A stretch of 64,000 nt of DNA, taken from assembly GCA_041750285.1 (NCBI GenBank), contig JBGSZS010000018.1, positions 96,001-160,000 on the forward strand. The letters run 5' to 3'. Source of the DNA: Candidatus Fermentibacteraceae bacterium (GTDB lineage Bacteria > Fermentibacterota > Fermentibacteria > Fermentibacterales > JCC-6). Numbering within the stretch: position 1 is the stretch's first letter; each line of letters opens with the position of its first letter. The translations under genes and the position numbers were made by a program. Shown piece after piece: positions 29,137 through 38,576 of the stretch. The notes beneath the pieces were generated by a model, which worked only from the letters and a program-made list of their open reading frames with translations, was not told the origin of the DNA and did no database searches.

Positions 29137-29940
29137 ATGGCATCAGACTACGACCTTTTTTCGAGTTTTCAGGACGCCCCGGGTTCGGTGCTTTTCGTCG
29201 ACACCGAGACAACGGGGGCCGACACCTCGCAGGACCACATCGTCGAGGTCGCTTTCCTGCTCGCGGAATACAGGGGAACAACCCCGCTGGAATCAACCGG
29301 CGAGTTCTCCTCCCTCGTCAAACCTCCGGTTCCGGTCCCTCCCGAGGCCTCCGCGGTGCATCACATAACGAACGCAATGCTTGAGGACGCCCCTTCCGCC
29401 GCCGACCTTCACGAAACCGTACGTGAGCTTTCGGAACGGGCCTCGTTCATCTGCGCCCACAACCTCCCCTTCGACCTGGCCATGCTGCAAAGGGGGTTTC
29501 CCGGGGTTTTCTCGGGCTTCACCGAAGACCGCCGCATCGACACTTTGCGCCTTTCCAGGCACTGCTTCAGCGACATACCCAGTCACGGGCTCCAGGCGCT
29601 GCGCTACAGACATGGGCTCGATGGCGCCATCCCCCCCGGCGACGCCCACCGTGCCCTTTTCGACACCAGGCTCGTAAAGGCCCTTCTCGATTCGATACTC
29701 GGGAAGAACCTGACCGGAGCCACAGGGCTTCCCGAACTCGTCCGGTTCATTGCAAGGCCCCTCGAGATCAAGGTCTTTAATTTCGGAAAGCACAAGGGCT
29801 GTCTGGTGGAAGATACCGCCGCGACAGACCCCGACTACATCCGCTGGCTTCTCAAGCAGGAGTGGCTGCCCGTGGAATACCCCGACCTCCACCACACCCT
29901 CCTGAAAAAGTCCTCCCAGAACGGCAGCCATGCAACCTGA
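29137..29940 (+). CDS. DEDDh 3'-5' exonuclease (exonuclease X-like)
   Basis: VDTETTG, AHN..FD, IDTL, DAHRALFD; C-terminal FGKHKG...DPDYIRWL. Confidence 0.88.
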   Translation: MASDYDLFSSFQDAPGSVLFVDTETTGADTSQDHIVEVAFLLAEYRGTTPLESTGEFSSLVKPPVPVPPEASAVHHITNAMLEDAPSAADLHETVRELSERASFICAHNLPFDLAMLQRGFPGVFSGFTEDRRIDTLRLSRHCFSDIPSHGLQALRYRHGLDGAIPPGDAHRALFDTRLVKALLDSILGKNLTGATGLPELVRFIARPLEIKVFNFGKHKGCLVEDTAATDPDYIRWLLKQEWLPVEYPDLHHTLLKKSSQNGSHAT

Positions 29941-31228
29941 CACCTGGGTCGTCGAGGGAGGGTGCCGCCTTCAGGGCGTCCTGAGGCCTGCGGGAAGCAA
30001 GAACGCTGCTCTGCCCGAGCTGGCTGCCTGCCTTCTTGCCGATTCCGGTTGCGTCCTTCGAAACATGCCCGCCATACGCGATGCCGGGGCAATGACAGGG
30101 ATCCTCGAGGGCATGGGTTGCCGGGTCGAGTCAGGGGAAAACACGGTTTCGATCGATTCAGGCAACGCCTCGCCGGACAGGCTCGATCAGGACCTCTGCC
30201 GAAGCATCAGGGCCTCCATACTTCTCGCGGCTCCCGTGGCGGCCAGGTTCGGCACCGTCTCCCTTCCCCCGCCCGGCGGTGATGTCATAGGCAAGCGCCG
30301 GCTCGACACCCATTTCCTGGTGCTCGAAAAACTGGGGGCAAAGGTCGAGTACAGGCGCAGCAGCATTCTGATAACGGCCCATGGGGGACTGAAGGGAACC
30401 AGGATTCACCTCGACGAACCCTCGGTAACAGCTACCGAGAACGCTCTGATGGCCGCCTGCGTTGCCACCGGCGAAACCGAGATATACAACGCGGCATGCG
30501 AGCCCAATGTGCAGGACCTTGCAGCCATGCTCACAAGGATGGGTGCGCTGATCCAGGGCGCGGGAACCAACCTGATAAGGGTCGAGGGCAGGGGCGGCTT
30601 GCTCCGGGGCGCCGACCATACGGTCTGCCCCGACCACATCGAGATCGGAAGCTTCATAGGGCTTGCAGCGTGCTGCCGGGGCAGGGTCGAGATCCCCGGC
30701 GTGCCAGAGTCCATAATTCAGCCCATAATGACGGGCCTGGGCAAACTGGGTGTCGAGATCATCCACGACCGGGGCGTTGTAACGGTTCCCCAGGACCAGC
30801 CGCTCGAGGTCAGGCCCGACATCGGGGGCGACATTCCCACGATCTACGACGGCCCATGGCCGGGTTTCTCCCCCGACCTCACAAGCACGGCAGTGGTCAC
30901 GGCAACGCAGTCCAGCGGGACCAGCCTCATCTTCGAGAAGATGTTCGAGAGCAGGCTTTTCTTCACCGACAAACTTGCTGCCATGGGCGCCCGGCTCATC
31001 CTCTGCGACCCTCACAGGGTGGTCATCTCGGGGCCCTGCAGGCTTCATGGAACCGAGGTCTCGAGCCCGGATATAAGGGCGGGAATGGCTCTTCTCACGG
31101 CGGCTCTGTGCGCCGAGGGCAGCACGGTGATACGCAACGTGCGGCAGATAGAGAGGGGCTACGAGAACATAGTTGACAGGCTTACGGCGCTTGGAGCGCA
31201 CATAGGGGTCATGGGGGAGGAGCAGTAA
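29930..31228 (+). CDS. murA: UDP-N-acetylglucosamine 1-carboxyvinyltransferase
   Basis: GSKNAALP, IRASI, PGGDVIG.R, SVTATEN, PDHIE, PWPGF, DIRAG, IERGY. Confidence 0.93.
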   Translation: MQPDTWVVEGGCRLQGVLRPAGSKNAALPELAACLLADSGCVLRNMPAIRDAGAMTGILEGMGCRVESGENTVSIDSGNASPDRLDQDLCRSIRASILLAAPVAARFGTVSLPPPGGDVIGKRRLDTHFLVLEKLGAKVEYRRSSILITAHGGLKGTRIHLDEPSVTATENALMAACVATGETEIYNAACEPNVQDLAAMLTRMGALIQGAGTNLIRVEGRGGLLRGADHTVCPDHIEIGSFIGLAACCRGRVEIPGVPESIIQPIMTGLGKLGVEIIHDRGVVTVPQDQPLEVRPDIGGDIPTIYDGPWPGFSPDLTSTAVVTATQSSGTSLIFEKMFESRLFFTDKLAAMGARLILCDPHRVVISGPCRLHGTEVSSPDIRAGMALLTAALCAEGSTVIRNVRQIERGYENIVDRLTALGAHIGVMGEEQ

Positions 31229-31230
31229 CG

Positions 31231-32142
31231 ATGAGAAGGGCAGCCCTGGCATTGTCTGCAGCCGTTCTGGCAGGATGCGGGAACAACCCGCAGGAAGCTG
31301 CTCCATGGCCCGACGGCGCCCAGCTGTGGGTCAGCTCGAGCTTCGCCGACACCGCCCTGGCGTGGTCCCCTTTCGGCAACGTCCTGCTGTTCAGCCAGAA
31401 CTCCTGGATCTGGGGGTTTGACGGATCAGGCGAGCCGGCGCTCTGCACGTTCACCGACATGCTCGAATCCACCGGGCCGAACGGCTGCTGGAACGCCGAG
31501 AACTTTCTCATCGTCTACTCGGCGGTCGACGACTCGACGGGCATCGGGCAGATCCGGACCATCCCCGGGAACGGAACAGCGGTAACCGTGGTCCTCGACC
31601 CCGGACTCCCCGTTACATTTCCCTCATGGAACCCGTCGGGCGACAGCCTGGTTTTCTCGATGCGGCCGCTCGGCTCCTGGAGCCGCAGGCTTTTCACGAT
31701 GCCACACCAGGCCGATACGCTCATGCCCGTCGAGATCCCCCTGCTTCCCGGCGACTGCGTAAGGGCAAGCTACAGCCCCGAAGGCTCGCACATCCTCTTC
31801 CAGTACCGCGAGACGCAGGACTCCCCCTGGAGCATCTGGGTGGTTCACCCCGACGGCACCGGCGCCAGGCCTGTCGCCCAGGGCGGGCACTGCGTGCACC
31901 CCTGCTGGGGTCCGTACGACGGCTGGTTCGTCTTCTCCACCGACCGATGGGGCAACTACGAACTTGCTGCGGCCCACATCGACGCAGACACGGTGATCAG
32001 GATCACCGACGACCCATCGACAGATCTTTACCCTGCCTGGAACACCGGTTCAAACTGGATAGCCTTTTCAAGCGACAGGATAGTCGGTTTCGACATCTTC
32101 AGCATAGACGAACCCGGGATACCCGTAATACAGCCCCGCTGA
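31231..32142 (+). CDS. TolB-like PD40 beta-propeller lipoprotein
   Basis: Lipobox VLAGC; repeats of PSWNPSG, ASYSPEG, PCWGP, PAWN..IAFSSDR. Confidence 0.8.
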   Translation: MRRAALALSAAVLAGCGNNPQEAAPWPDGAQLWVSSSFADTALAWSPFGNVLLFSQNSWIWGFDGSGEPALCTFTDMLESTGPNGCWNAENFLIVYSAVDDSTGIGQIRTIPGNGTAVTVVLDPGLPVTFPSWNPSGDSLVFSMRPLGSWSRRLFTMPHQADTLMPVEIPLLPGDCVRASYSPEGSHILFQYRETQDSPWSIWVVHPDGTGARPVAQGGHCVHPCWGPYDGWFVFSTDRWGNYELAAAHIDADTVIRITDDPSTDLYPAWNTGSNWIAFSSDRIVGFDIFSIDEPGIPVIQPR

Positions 32143-32292
32143 ACCGGCCATACAAAACGGGGCAGCGCATCGGCCACACGGGTTCACTCATTCAGGCAAC
32201 GGCTCCCGTTCAGTGACAGCGACACACCAAGAGCAGCCTGCTGACTGGCACCATGCCCGCCGGTCACCGGAACCCGCCCTGCATCCGGCCAT

Positions 32293-32322
32293 AAGAAAAG
32301 GGGGGCGCGTGACGCGCCCCCC
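32293..32322 (-). terminator. Rho-independent terminator of the TonB/PorV operon
   Basis: Minus strand GGGGGGCGCG-TCA-CGCGCCCCCC followed by TTTTCTT, about 20 nt after the 32342 stop. Confidence 0.8.
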
Positions 32323-32341
32323 GATCCCGGATGCAGCCCGG

Positions 32342-33457
32342 TCAGTAGTAGAGCATCTCCTGAATCGCCTGGGAGAGCTCAACGAGGAAGTTGGTGTCGG
32401 CAACGTTGATACCGAGGCCGAATCCCGCGGTCTGCACCGTGAACAGTGTGAACCGGAACTCCTGCTGGAGGAAGGTCATGGCCGCTGCCATGCCCAGCAC
32501 GTTGTTCCTGTTCATCGTCGTGTGGACGAAGGAGTAGTCTCCCCCGTCGTAGACACCGAAGGAGGCTGCGACGCCGGCGATCATGTCGCCGGAGAGACCC
32601 TTCGCCATCTGGAGGGCTGCAAAGCCGGCCATGGCGTCACGGGTGATCGCGGTTGCGCCCTCGGGCATGGAGTAGGTGGCGTAGTCGAACTTGATGTCGT
32701 TCTCCGCCATGATCCAGGTTCTGTAGTCGATTGGCTCGACGGTGTATGTGCGGTACGGCACGTTGAGGTAAACAACCGTCACACCGTTCTCGACTGCCAG
32801 GGAATCGACGGCGATGTTCTCGTTCTGCGACCATTCGTTCACTGCCGAGGTCATGCCGAAGAAGTCCGGAATGTCGGAGACGAACCTGTACTTGAACGGG
32901 ATATTGCCGTACTTGGGGCTCTGCGGATCGTTGTGGTCGGCGTTGAAGGGTGAGGCCCCGTACAGGAAGGCACCGATGATCTCGTTGTCGATGGTCGTGG
33001 TGTCGCCGTCGGTCGGCCAGTCCAGCCAGACCTCTCCGTAGGCCTCGATGACCGACATGGTGCTCTCGCTGAGAACCGGATCGATGCACTCGAAGACTGT
33101 CCAGTCAACGTCCTGCGTGACGGTGGCCATGCCCGTTGCGACCGGCCAGTTCCCGCCATCGTTCTGAGCGGCCATGTAGAAGAAGTCGCCGCCGATGTTC
33201 CAGTAGTCGCTGAGGTGGATCGACGCCCAGCCCGCGCCCAGGTAGGCCTCGGGGCGGGTCACGTCGACATCGATGGCCTGCTGGAACTTCACCATTGCGC
33301 TGTCGTAGCTGGCCTGGTCGTAGGCCTGCCAGCCCTGTGCAACAAGGCCGTCGTAGCCTATCACGTCAGGGATGTCAGTGGGAAGCTTGTCCCCGCAACC
33401 CGACGCCAGAACGAGGGCGAGACCCGCAAGCAGTGCTATTGTGCGCTTCATTTTCAC
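32342..33457 (-). CDS. Lipoprotein with N-terminal TPR
   Basis: Lipobox LASGC; GWQAY...YDSAMVKFQQAI....PEAYLGAGW. Confidence 0.75.
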   Translation of the reverse strand: MKMKRTIALLAGLALVLASGCGDKLPTDIPDVIGYDGLVAQGWQAYDQASYDSAMVKFQQAIDVDVTRPEAYLGAGWASIHLSDYWNIGGDFFYMAAQNDGGNWPVATGMATVTQDVDWTVFECIDPVLSESTMSVIEAYGEVWLDWPTDGDTTTIDNEIIGAFLYGASPFNADHNDPQSPKYGNIPFKYRFVSDIPDFFGMTSAVNEWSQNENIAVDSLAVENGVTVVYLNVPYRTYTVEPIDYRTWIMAENDIKFDYATYSMPEGATAITRDAMAGFAALQMAKGLSGDMIAGVAASFGVYDGGDYSFVHTTMNRNNVLGMAAAMTFLQQEFRFTLFTVQTAGFGLGINVADTNFLVELSQAIQEMLYY

Positions 33458-33465
33458 CCTCCTTC

Positions 33466-35946
33466 CTACTCAACCATCATGATCTTCTGGGTGAGAACCT
33501 GGCCCTGGGCCTCGAGGCGGCAGAAGTAGACTCCCGCGCCAAGGGGCTGGCCGTTGCTGTCGGTTCCATCCCAGACGATGCTGTGGTTAGCTGCGGCCAT
33601 GTCTTCATTGGCCAGTGTTCTCACGAGCCTGCCGCTGAGGTCGAAGACCCTCATGGTCACAAGACCCTGTGCGGGGGTGGCGAAACGGATGACTGTCTGG
33701 GAGCTGAAGGGGTTGGGGTAGTTGCCCTCGATCTGGACCTGGACCGGAACGGTGGGGCTGGTCACGCCGGGTGCCTCACCCAGGACGTAAATGCCGCCCT
33801 CGGTCACGGGGGCGCAGATCCTGCCGTTCTGGAAGTAGCTGTCGAGCCTGACCCATCCCTCGGACCCGTAGACGAATACCGAGGCGTTGGCGTTCACGGC
33901 GGGGAAGGAAAGGGTGCCGTTCACGGCGGGTATGCTTACCGGGCCCGCGAGAACGCCGGTGAGCATGCCCGAAGCCTCGGCCATGCTGGAACCCGCGCCC
34001 ATGGAAAGCCCGAGCATGCCGGTCTCGCTGAGGACGACCCTCGAACCCGGAGCTGCGGCGCCTTCAGGAACATCGAGCCTGATGCCCCTGACTTCAAGCG
34101 TGAGCTTGCCGCTGACGGTTCCGACAGCCATGGCGACGCTGTTGCTGAAAACGGTGCCGCTGCTGTCGAATCCCGAGAAGTTGAGGGTGTAGTTGCCGTC
34201 GCTCGTGAGGTCGACGTTACCCCTCCACATCTGGTCTCCGTAGAACTTCTCCATCTTGATGGGTGTGGTGACGGAGCCGAGTGTGGTGCTGAAGATGGGG
34301 CCGACCCAGTCGAAGCCCTCCATCTCGAGGGTGGCCTCGTCGAGACCAACCGCGAAGACGTTGGCGAAGTTGTCGGAGACCTGGTTCTGGTGGACGGCCA
34401 CTTCGAGGCTTGGCGGATAGAAGTCCTGGCTGAGCACGTAACGCAGGTTGAGGGCTCCGCCGGGGTTGTTGTTGGTGACGATGAGGTAGGTGGCGTCGCC
34501 GTCGAGGCCGAAGCTGCCGTTGTAGAACTCGTTGAGGGACAGGTCCGTCACCGAGAGGAACTCGCCCGTGGCCTCGTTGAAGGACACGACCTTGGCCTCC
34601 CAGCGGCCGGCAACGGCGCTCTCGCCGCCCGAGCCGTCGGAGTACTGGCCGTTGAACAGGACCATGTCCTCGCTGCCGGTGAGATCACGGAAGTAGCAGT
34701 ACTGGGAAGCCCAGATGGGCGCTGCCATTGCGCTGACCTCGGCGCCTATCGTGACGGGGAACGGATACTCCGTGAACTTGTTGGAGAAGGCGGCCTGCTG
34801 GGTGGCGTGGCCGAAATCCTCGGAGACGGTGCCCACGAGGAAATCGTACATGTAGATGCCGCCTGCAAAGTCGCTGAGGAAACGGTGGTTCAGGTTGCAG
34901 ATCAGGTAGTCCCAGTAGAGCGGGACCACTTCGTCCTGGACTGCAGTTTCCGGATCAGCCGCGGGGTCGAGTGCAAGGGCGATGTTCAGCATTCCGGTAC
35001 TGTCGCCCTGGGCGATGGCCTGGATCGCCGATACCCCTGCACGCTGGCGGAGGTACATGAAGAACAGGAACTGCTGACCCCTGGAACCGCTGTAGTCGAG
35101 TCCGCCGGAGCCGGCCTGGGAGTTCACCAGTTCGATGTACGGGGCTTTTTCGAAGTCGCCCAGTATCTTGTCCATGCCGTATGACCCGGTGCTGACGAAG
35201 CCGAAGCTCTCGTACTGCGCGACCTCGGCCATGCCCCTGATGACCCAGGGTTCCTCGGCAACGTTCCGGCTGTAGCGGCAGAGCGCCGAAAGGCCGTTGG
35301 CCAGGTTCCACTGGCGCATGGGAACCGCGTGGACCAGAAGGTTGGGGTTGTACGCCAGTGCGTGGGCGTTGAGGTAGAAGATGTCGCGGGCGTTGAACTC
35401 GCCCTGGAGGTCTCCGGGCACCACGTGGTAGAACTGGTTGCGGGCGGCAAGGCTGCCCTGACCCGCGTTGTACTTGGTGGGGATCGCCGAGACCGCGATC
35501 CATATCTTCTCGCCGTCGGGAACCGTGAGGACCGGCTCGCCCCAGACAGCGGTGACCGCGCCCCAAACGGTGTTTTCGAACACCTCGGTGAGGTCTTCGA
35601 ACTCTTCCATGGTCATCATGTCACCGATGATGCCCACGTCCCATCCGAATTTCTGGTGAAGGGACTCTTCTCCGTAAAGAAGCGTGTCGAGATCGAGTAT
35701 TCCGCCGCCCTTGGCATCCACCCAGCAGGTGTCCTGCACCAGCCAGAGGGCATGGGGTGTCTCGGCGAGCACTGTGAACTGCCTGGACTGTTCGGGGTCG
35801 GCAAACTCCGACAGGTCCGGCACCAGAAGGTTGACCTTGTCGCCGACCTCCTGGGCGTTCGCCGTGCCAAAACCGAGAAGCGGCATCAGGATCGCGGCCA
35901 GAAGAACGATAAACGCCCCACTGCCCCTTCCTGAAGTGGTTCTCAT
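33466..35946 (-). CDS. Secreted protein with a degenerate zincin-like domain and a T9SS/FlgD-type C-terminal domain (start ATG 35946)
   Basis: GAGGAGG RBS; signal peptide; C-terminus NYPNPF...VFDLSGRLVRTL...VWDGTD..G..LGAGVYFCRL...TQKIMMVE. Confidence 0.8.
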   Translation of the reverse strand: MRTTSGRGSGAFIVLLAAILMPLLGFGTANAQEVGDKVNLLVPDLSEFADPEQSRQFTVLAETPHALWLVQDTCWVDAKGGGILDLDTLLYGEESLHQKFGWDVGIIGDMMTMEEFEDLTEVFENTVWGAVTAVWGEPVLTVPDGEKIWIAVSAIPTKYNAGQGSLAARNQFYHVVPGDLQGEFNARDIFYLNAHALAYNPNLLVHAVPMRQWNLANGLSALCRYSRNVAEEPWVIRGMAEVAQYESFGFVSTGSYGMDKILGDFEKAPYIELVNSQAGSGGLDYSGSRGQQFLFFMYLRQRAGVSAIQAIAQGDSTGMLNIALALDPAADPETAVQDEVVPLYWDYLICNLNHRFLSDFAGGIYMYDFLVGTVSEDFGHATQQAAFSNKFTEYPFPVTIGAEVSAMAAPIWASQYCYFRDLTGSEDMVLFNGQYSDGSGGESAVAGRWEAKVVSFNEATGEFLSVTDLSLNEFYNGSFGLDGDATYLIVTNNNPGGALNLRYVLSQDFYPPSLEVAVHQNQVSDNFANVFAVGLDEATLEMEGFDWVGPIFSTTLGSVTTPIKMEKFYGDQMWRGNVDLTSDGNYTLNFSGFDSSGTVFSNSVAMAVGTVSGKLTLEVRGIRLDVPEGAAAPGSRVVLSETGMLGLSMGAGSSMAEASGMLTGVLAGPVSIPAVNGTLSFPAVNANASVFVYGSEGWVRLDSYFQNGRICAPVTEGGIYVLGEAPGVTSPTVPVQVQIEGNYPNPFSSQTVIRFATPAQGLVTMRVFDLSGRLVRTLANEDMAAANHSIVWDGTDSNGQPLGAGVYFCRLEAQGQVLTQKIMMVE

Positions 35947-36058
35947 GTTAACCTCCTCTTTGCTGTCTGCGGTTGTCGCCGCACTGTGGTATCTATTCTG
36001 TCCGGGCCCTGAAACGGGCCCCGGGGTTCGGTAATCCTTTTCCTTTCCGGTTTTCAAC

Positions 36059-37378
36059 CTACCAGTCATCGTCGGAACCTTCCGTGCTTCCGCCATCAGT
36101 GGTCTGTATCATGGTCTGCCAGTTCTGGAACGAGACCTCGCCGGGAACGGTGGAGTAGACCTGGCGGAAGTCGCCGCTCGAGTTCAGGTCGGCGAAAACG
36201 AAGGACATCGTGGTTCCCTCGAAGTAGTCCCACACCTCGAAAGGCACATGGGTCGTGGTGAAGGGGCTTCTCTCGATGTCGCCGGGTTCGCCGTAGCGTA
36301 TGAGGACCCTGCCGCGGTCGGTCCGCCAGCCCGGAACCTCCATGTGCATGTACCTTTCGGCAGTGCTGCACCGGGCTTCGAAGGAGGCCCTTTCTCCCGG
36401 CGAGCCCTGCCAGTACTGCAGGAAGTAGGCTGCGCGGCCCGGTTCATCAAGCCTTCCGTAAAGGTCGGCCTGGGTGCCGCTGAGAAGCAGGGCGAACTCG
36501 TCGAGACGCCCGGGGATCCCGGTGACCTCGGGCGGCGAACCGATCTGGAAAGCCTCACCCGCCACATCGATGAGCATGGGTTTCGTGGTGAGGGCAAGGG
36601 TGTCGCCATCCTCGGACGTGTAGAGGATGTAGAGGGAGTAAAGGCCTGAAGCCCTGGCAGGTTGAAGATCGAGGCTGTCAACCAGGCTCACCGAGTTCAT
36701 CCCCTGGGGTATGACGAACGTCTCACCCGGTCTGGCGAACACGATCGCGCCGTCGGGACCCGCGATGCCGGTCTGACGGTGGAGTGTTTGTCCGCCGAGG
36801 TCGTAGAGCTCCTGATACGTGTACACCCTGGTTTCAGCGGGAACGCTGAACGTGTTGGAGGCTGCGGGGAACACTATCAGGCCGCCCTTTTTGAGTGTGT
36901 TCTCGCTCGCTGCGACTGCGGGCATCAGGGTTCTGGCAAGCTCGAGCTCGCTGAAGTGGCCGGGTTCAGCCACGGAGAGGGCTCTCTCCGCGGTTCCGAC
37001 AAGACCGTTCAGGTCATCGGTGACCGTCATGGTCAGGACATGTTCACCCGGCACTGCGGGCAGGATGACGGCATTCAGCACACTGCGCTCGGGGACCCAT
37101 TCTATCTCGGAGCGCCAGGCGTCTGCGGCAAGCGTGTCTCCCGATGTTCCTGTCAGGACGACCACCGTGGTGAATGAAGACATCCCGTCCTCATCCCGCG
37201 AAAGGTTGCCCAGTGGAACTTCCTGATAGACTTCAAGCATCAGGTTCCCGCCGGCTCCGGTACGGAAAACGGCCGTGTCGATGGAGAACCGCACATCCCC
37301 CCTGCCCGGTGTCGCGAACTGACCGGCCATGCCGGAGGCAGCCAGCGCAAGCAGCAGAGCAAATGGCCTAGTAGACAT
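36059..37378 (-). CDS. GWxTD domain-containing protein
   Basis: Signal peptide; GWRTDRGRVLIRYGEP; FEVWDY...FVFAD. Confidence 0.85.
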   Translation of the reverse strand: MSTRPFALLLALAASGMAGQFATPGRGDVRFSIDTAVFRTGAGGNLMLEVYQEVPLGNLSRDEDGMSSFTTVVVLTGTSGDTLAADAWRSEIEWVPERSVLNAVILPAVPGEHVLTMTVTDDLNGLVGTAERALSVAEPGHFSELELARTLMPAVAASENTLKKGGLIVFPAASNTFSVPAETRVYTYQELYDLGGQTLHRQTGIAGPDGAIVFARPGETFVIPQGMNSVSLVDSLDLQPARASGLYSLYILYTSEDGDTLALTTKPMLIDVAGEAFQIGSPPEVTGIPGRLDEFALLLSGTQADLYGRLDEPGRAAYFLQYWQGSPGERASFEARCSTAERYMHMEVPGWRTDRGRVLIRYGEPGDIERSPFTTTHVPFEVWDYFEGTTMSFVFADLNSSGDFRQVYSTVPGEVSFQNWQTMIQTTDGGSTEGSDDDW

Positions 37379-38519
37379 ACCATGCCTCCCCGAGGCTGAA
37401 AGCCCGGTTCACGTCCTGCCAGTCGCCGTCGAACTCGTACAGCCCGTAGCCGAAACGGTCGATGAACAGAAGGGTGAGCCTGGGATTGAAGTAGGTCCAT
37501 ACCTGGAAAGGATAGCCCTCCACCTGGAAGGGGTTGTTCTCGACCATGTCGGGTTCGCCCAGTTTGGCGTAGGTAACTCCCATGTCGGTCAGGATTCCCC
37601 TTGTCACTCCGGATGTGAAGGACCGTTCGATGTAGTCAAGCCTTCTGCGGTAGGTGTCGAGGTATTCGTTTTCACGAGTGGAGGGGTTGGGATCGCGGCG
37701 GAGCCAGAACTCGCTCATCACGGCCTGCCTGTCCCCCGGGTTGCTGGCGCTCTGGAGTTCGGAGATCTCCCTGGATGAGGCGATGGGTCTTACAAGGGTT
37801 GCCGTCTCGTCGGGATCGTCCCCCCAAAGGTCCCAGGAGGAGAGAAGCCTGATGGAACTCGATGAGGATGCCATCACTTCGGACTCACCCCCCAGCGCGG
37901 CCGTGTTGACCCTGTAAACGCCCCTCTCAAGTCCGCCGAGGGAAAAGGAACTGGAAAACGAAGCGATGCCGTCGGTCTGACGGACAGGGTCCATCCAGCC
38001 CTCCCTGATGGCGTTGAGATTCTGGTCGAGAACAGCGTAGGCGGCCCGGACCTCTCCGTAGCCCACCGGAGGATAGACATCCCAGACGATGGAAACACTT
38101 CCCGCAGCCCTGACCGTTCCCGAAGGCGTGAGCCTGAGGCCCGATGAGGACCACGTTTCAGTGCTGGCACTGTCTATGACAACATCCACCCTCTGAGAGA
38201 CAGTCTCACCGGTTTCAAGGTCGAGAAGGCTCGTCCTCAGTTCGTGGGTGCCTGTGGAGAGGTCGGTGAAGTGCAGCTCCTCGATCACGGGAAAATCATC
38301 CTCCCCCGCGTCCGCCCCCGCCCTGGCAAAGCCGCCGGCCATCTCGGCGGTGAGCTCGTAACGGTAGACCGGCCGGCCGTCGGTGAAGACGGACACGAGG
38401 TCCTCCCGTTCGATCACCACTGTGATCATGGCCGATCCGTCGCGCCCGGGGCCGGAAGGTATGGTGGTCCAGCTCACGGCGAAACCGGTCAGTGCTGCCA
38501 GAACCAGGGAAAACGTCAC
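37368..38519 (-). CDS. GWxTD domain-containing protein (degenerate motif)
   Basis: FWLRRDPNPST.ENE..Y.RR, GILTDMG.TY.KLGEP, VWTY...FID..G.G.Y. Confidence 0.8.
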   Translation of the reverse strand: MTFSLVLAALTGFAVSWTTIPSGPGRDGSAMITVVIEREDLVSVFTDGRPVYRYELTAEMAGGFARAGADAGEDDFPVIEELHFTDLSTGTHELRTSLLDLETGETVSQRVDVVIDSASTETWSSSGLRLTPSGTVRAAGSVSIVWDVYPPVGYGEVRAAYAVLDQNLNAIREGWMDPVRQTDGIASFSSSFSLGGLERGVYRVNTAALGGESEVMASSSSSIRLLSSWDLWGDDPDETATLVRPIASSREISELQSASNPGDRQAVMSEFWLRRDPNPSTRENEYLDTYRRRLDYIERSFTSGVTRGILTDMGVTYAKLGEPDMVENNPFQVEGYPFQVWTYFNPRLTLLFIDRFGYGLYEFDGDWQDVNRAFSLGEAWYVY

Positions 38520-38576
38520 TTCGGGATCACCCTTTCCGCTCGGGGGGGGCCTGAGCCCCCCCCATTGTTCATTACG

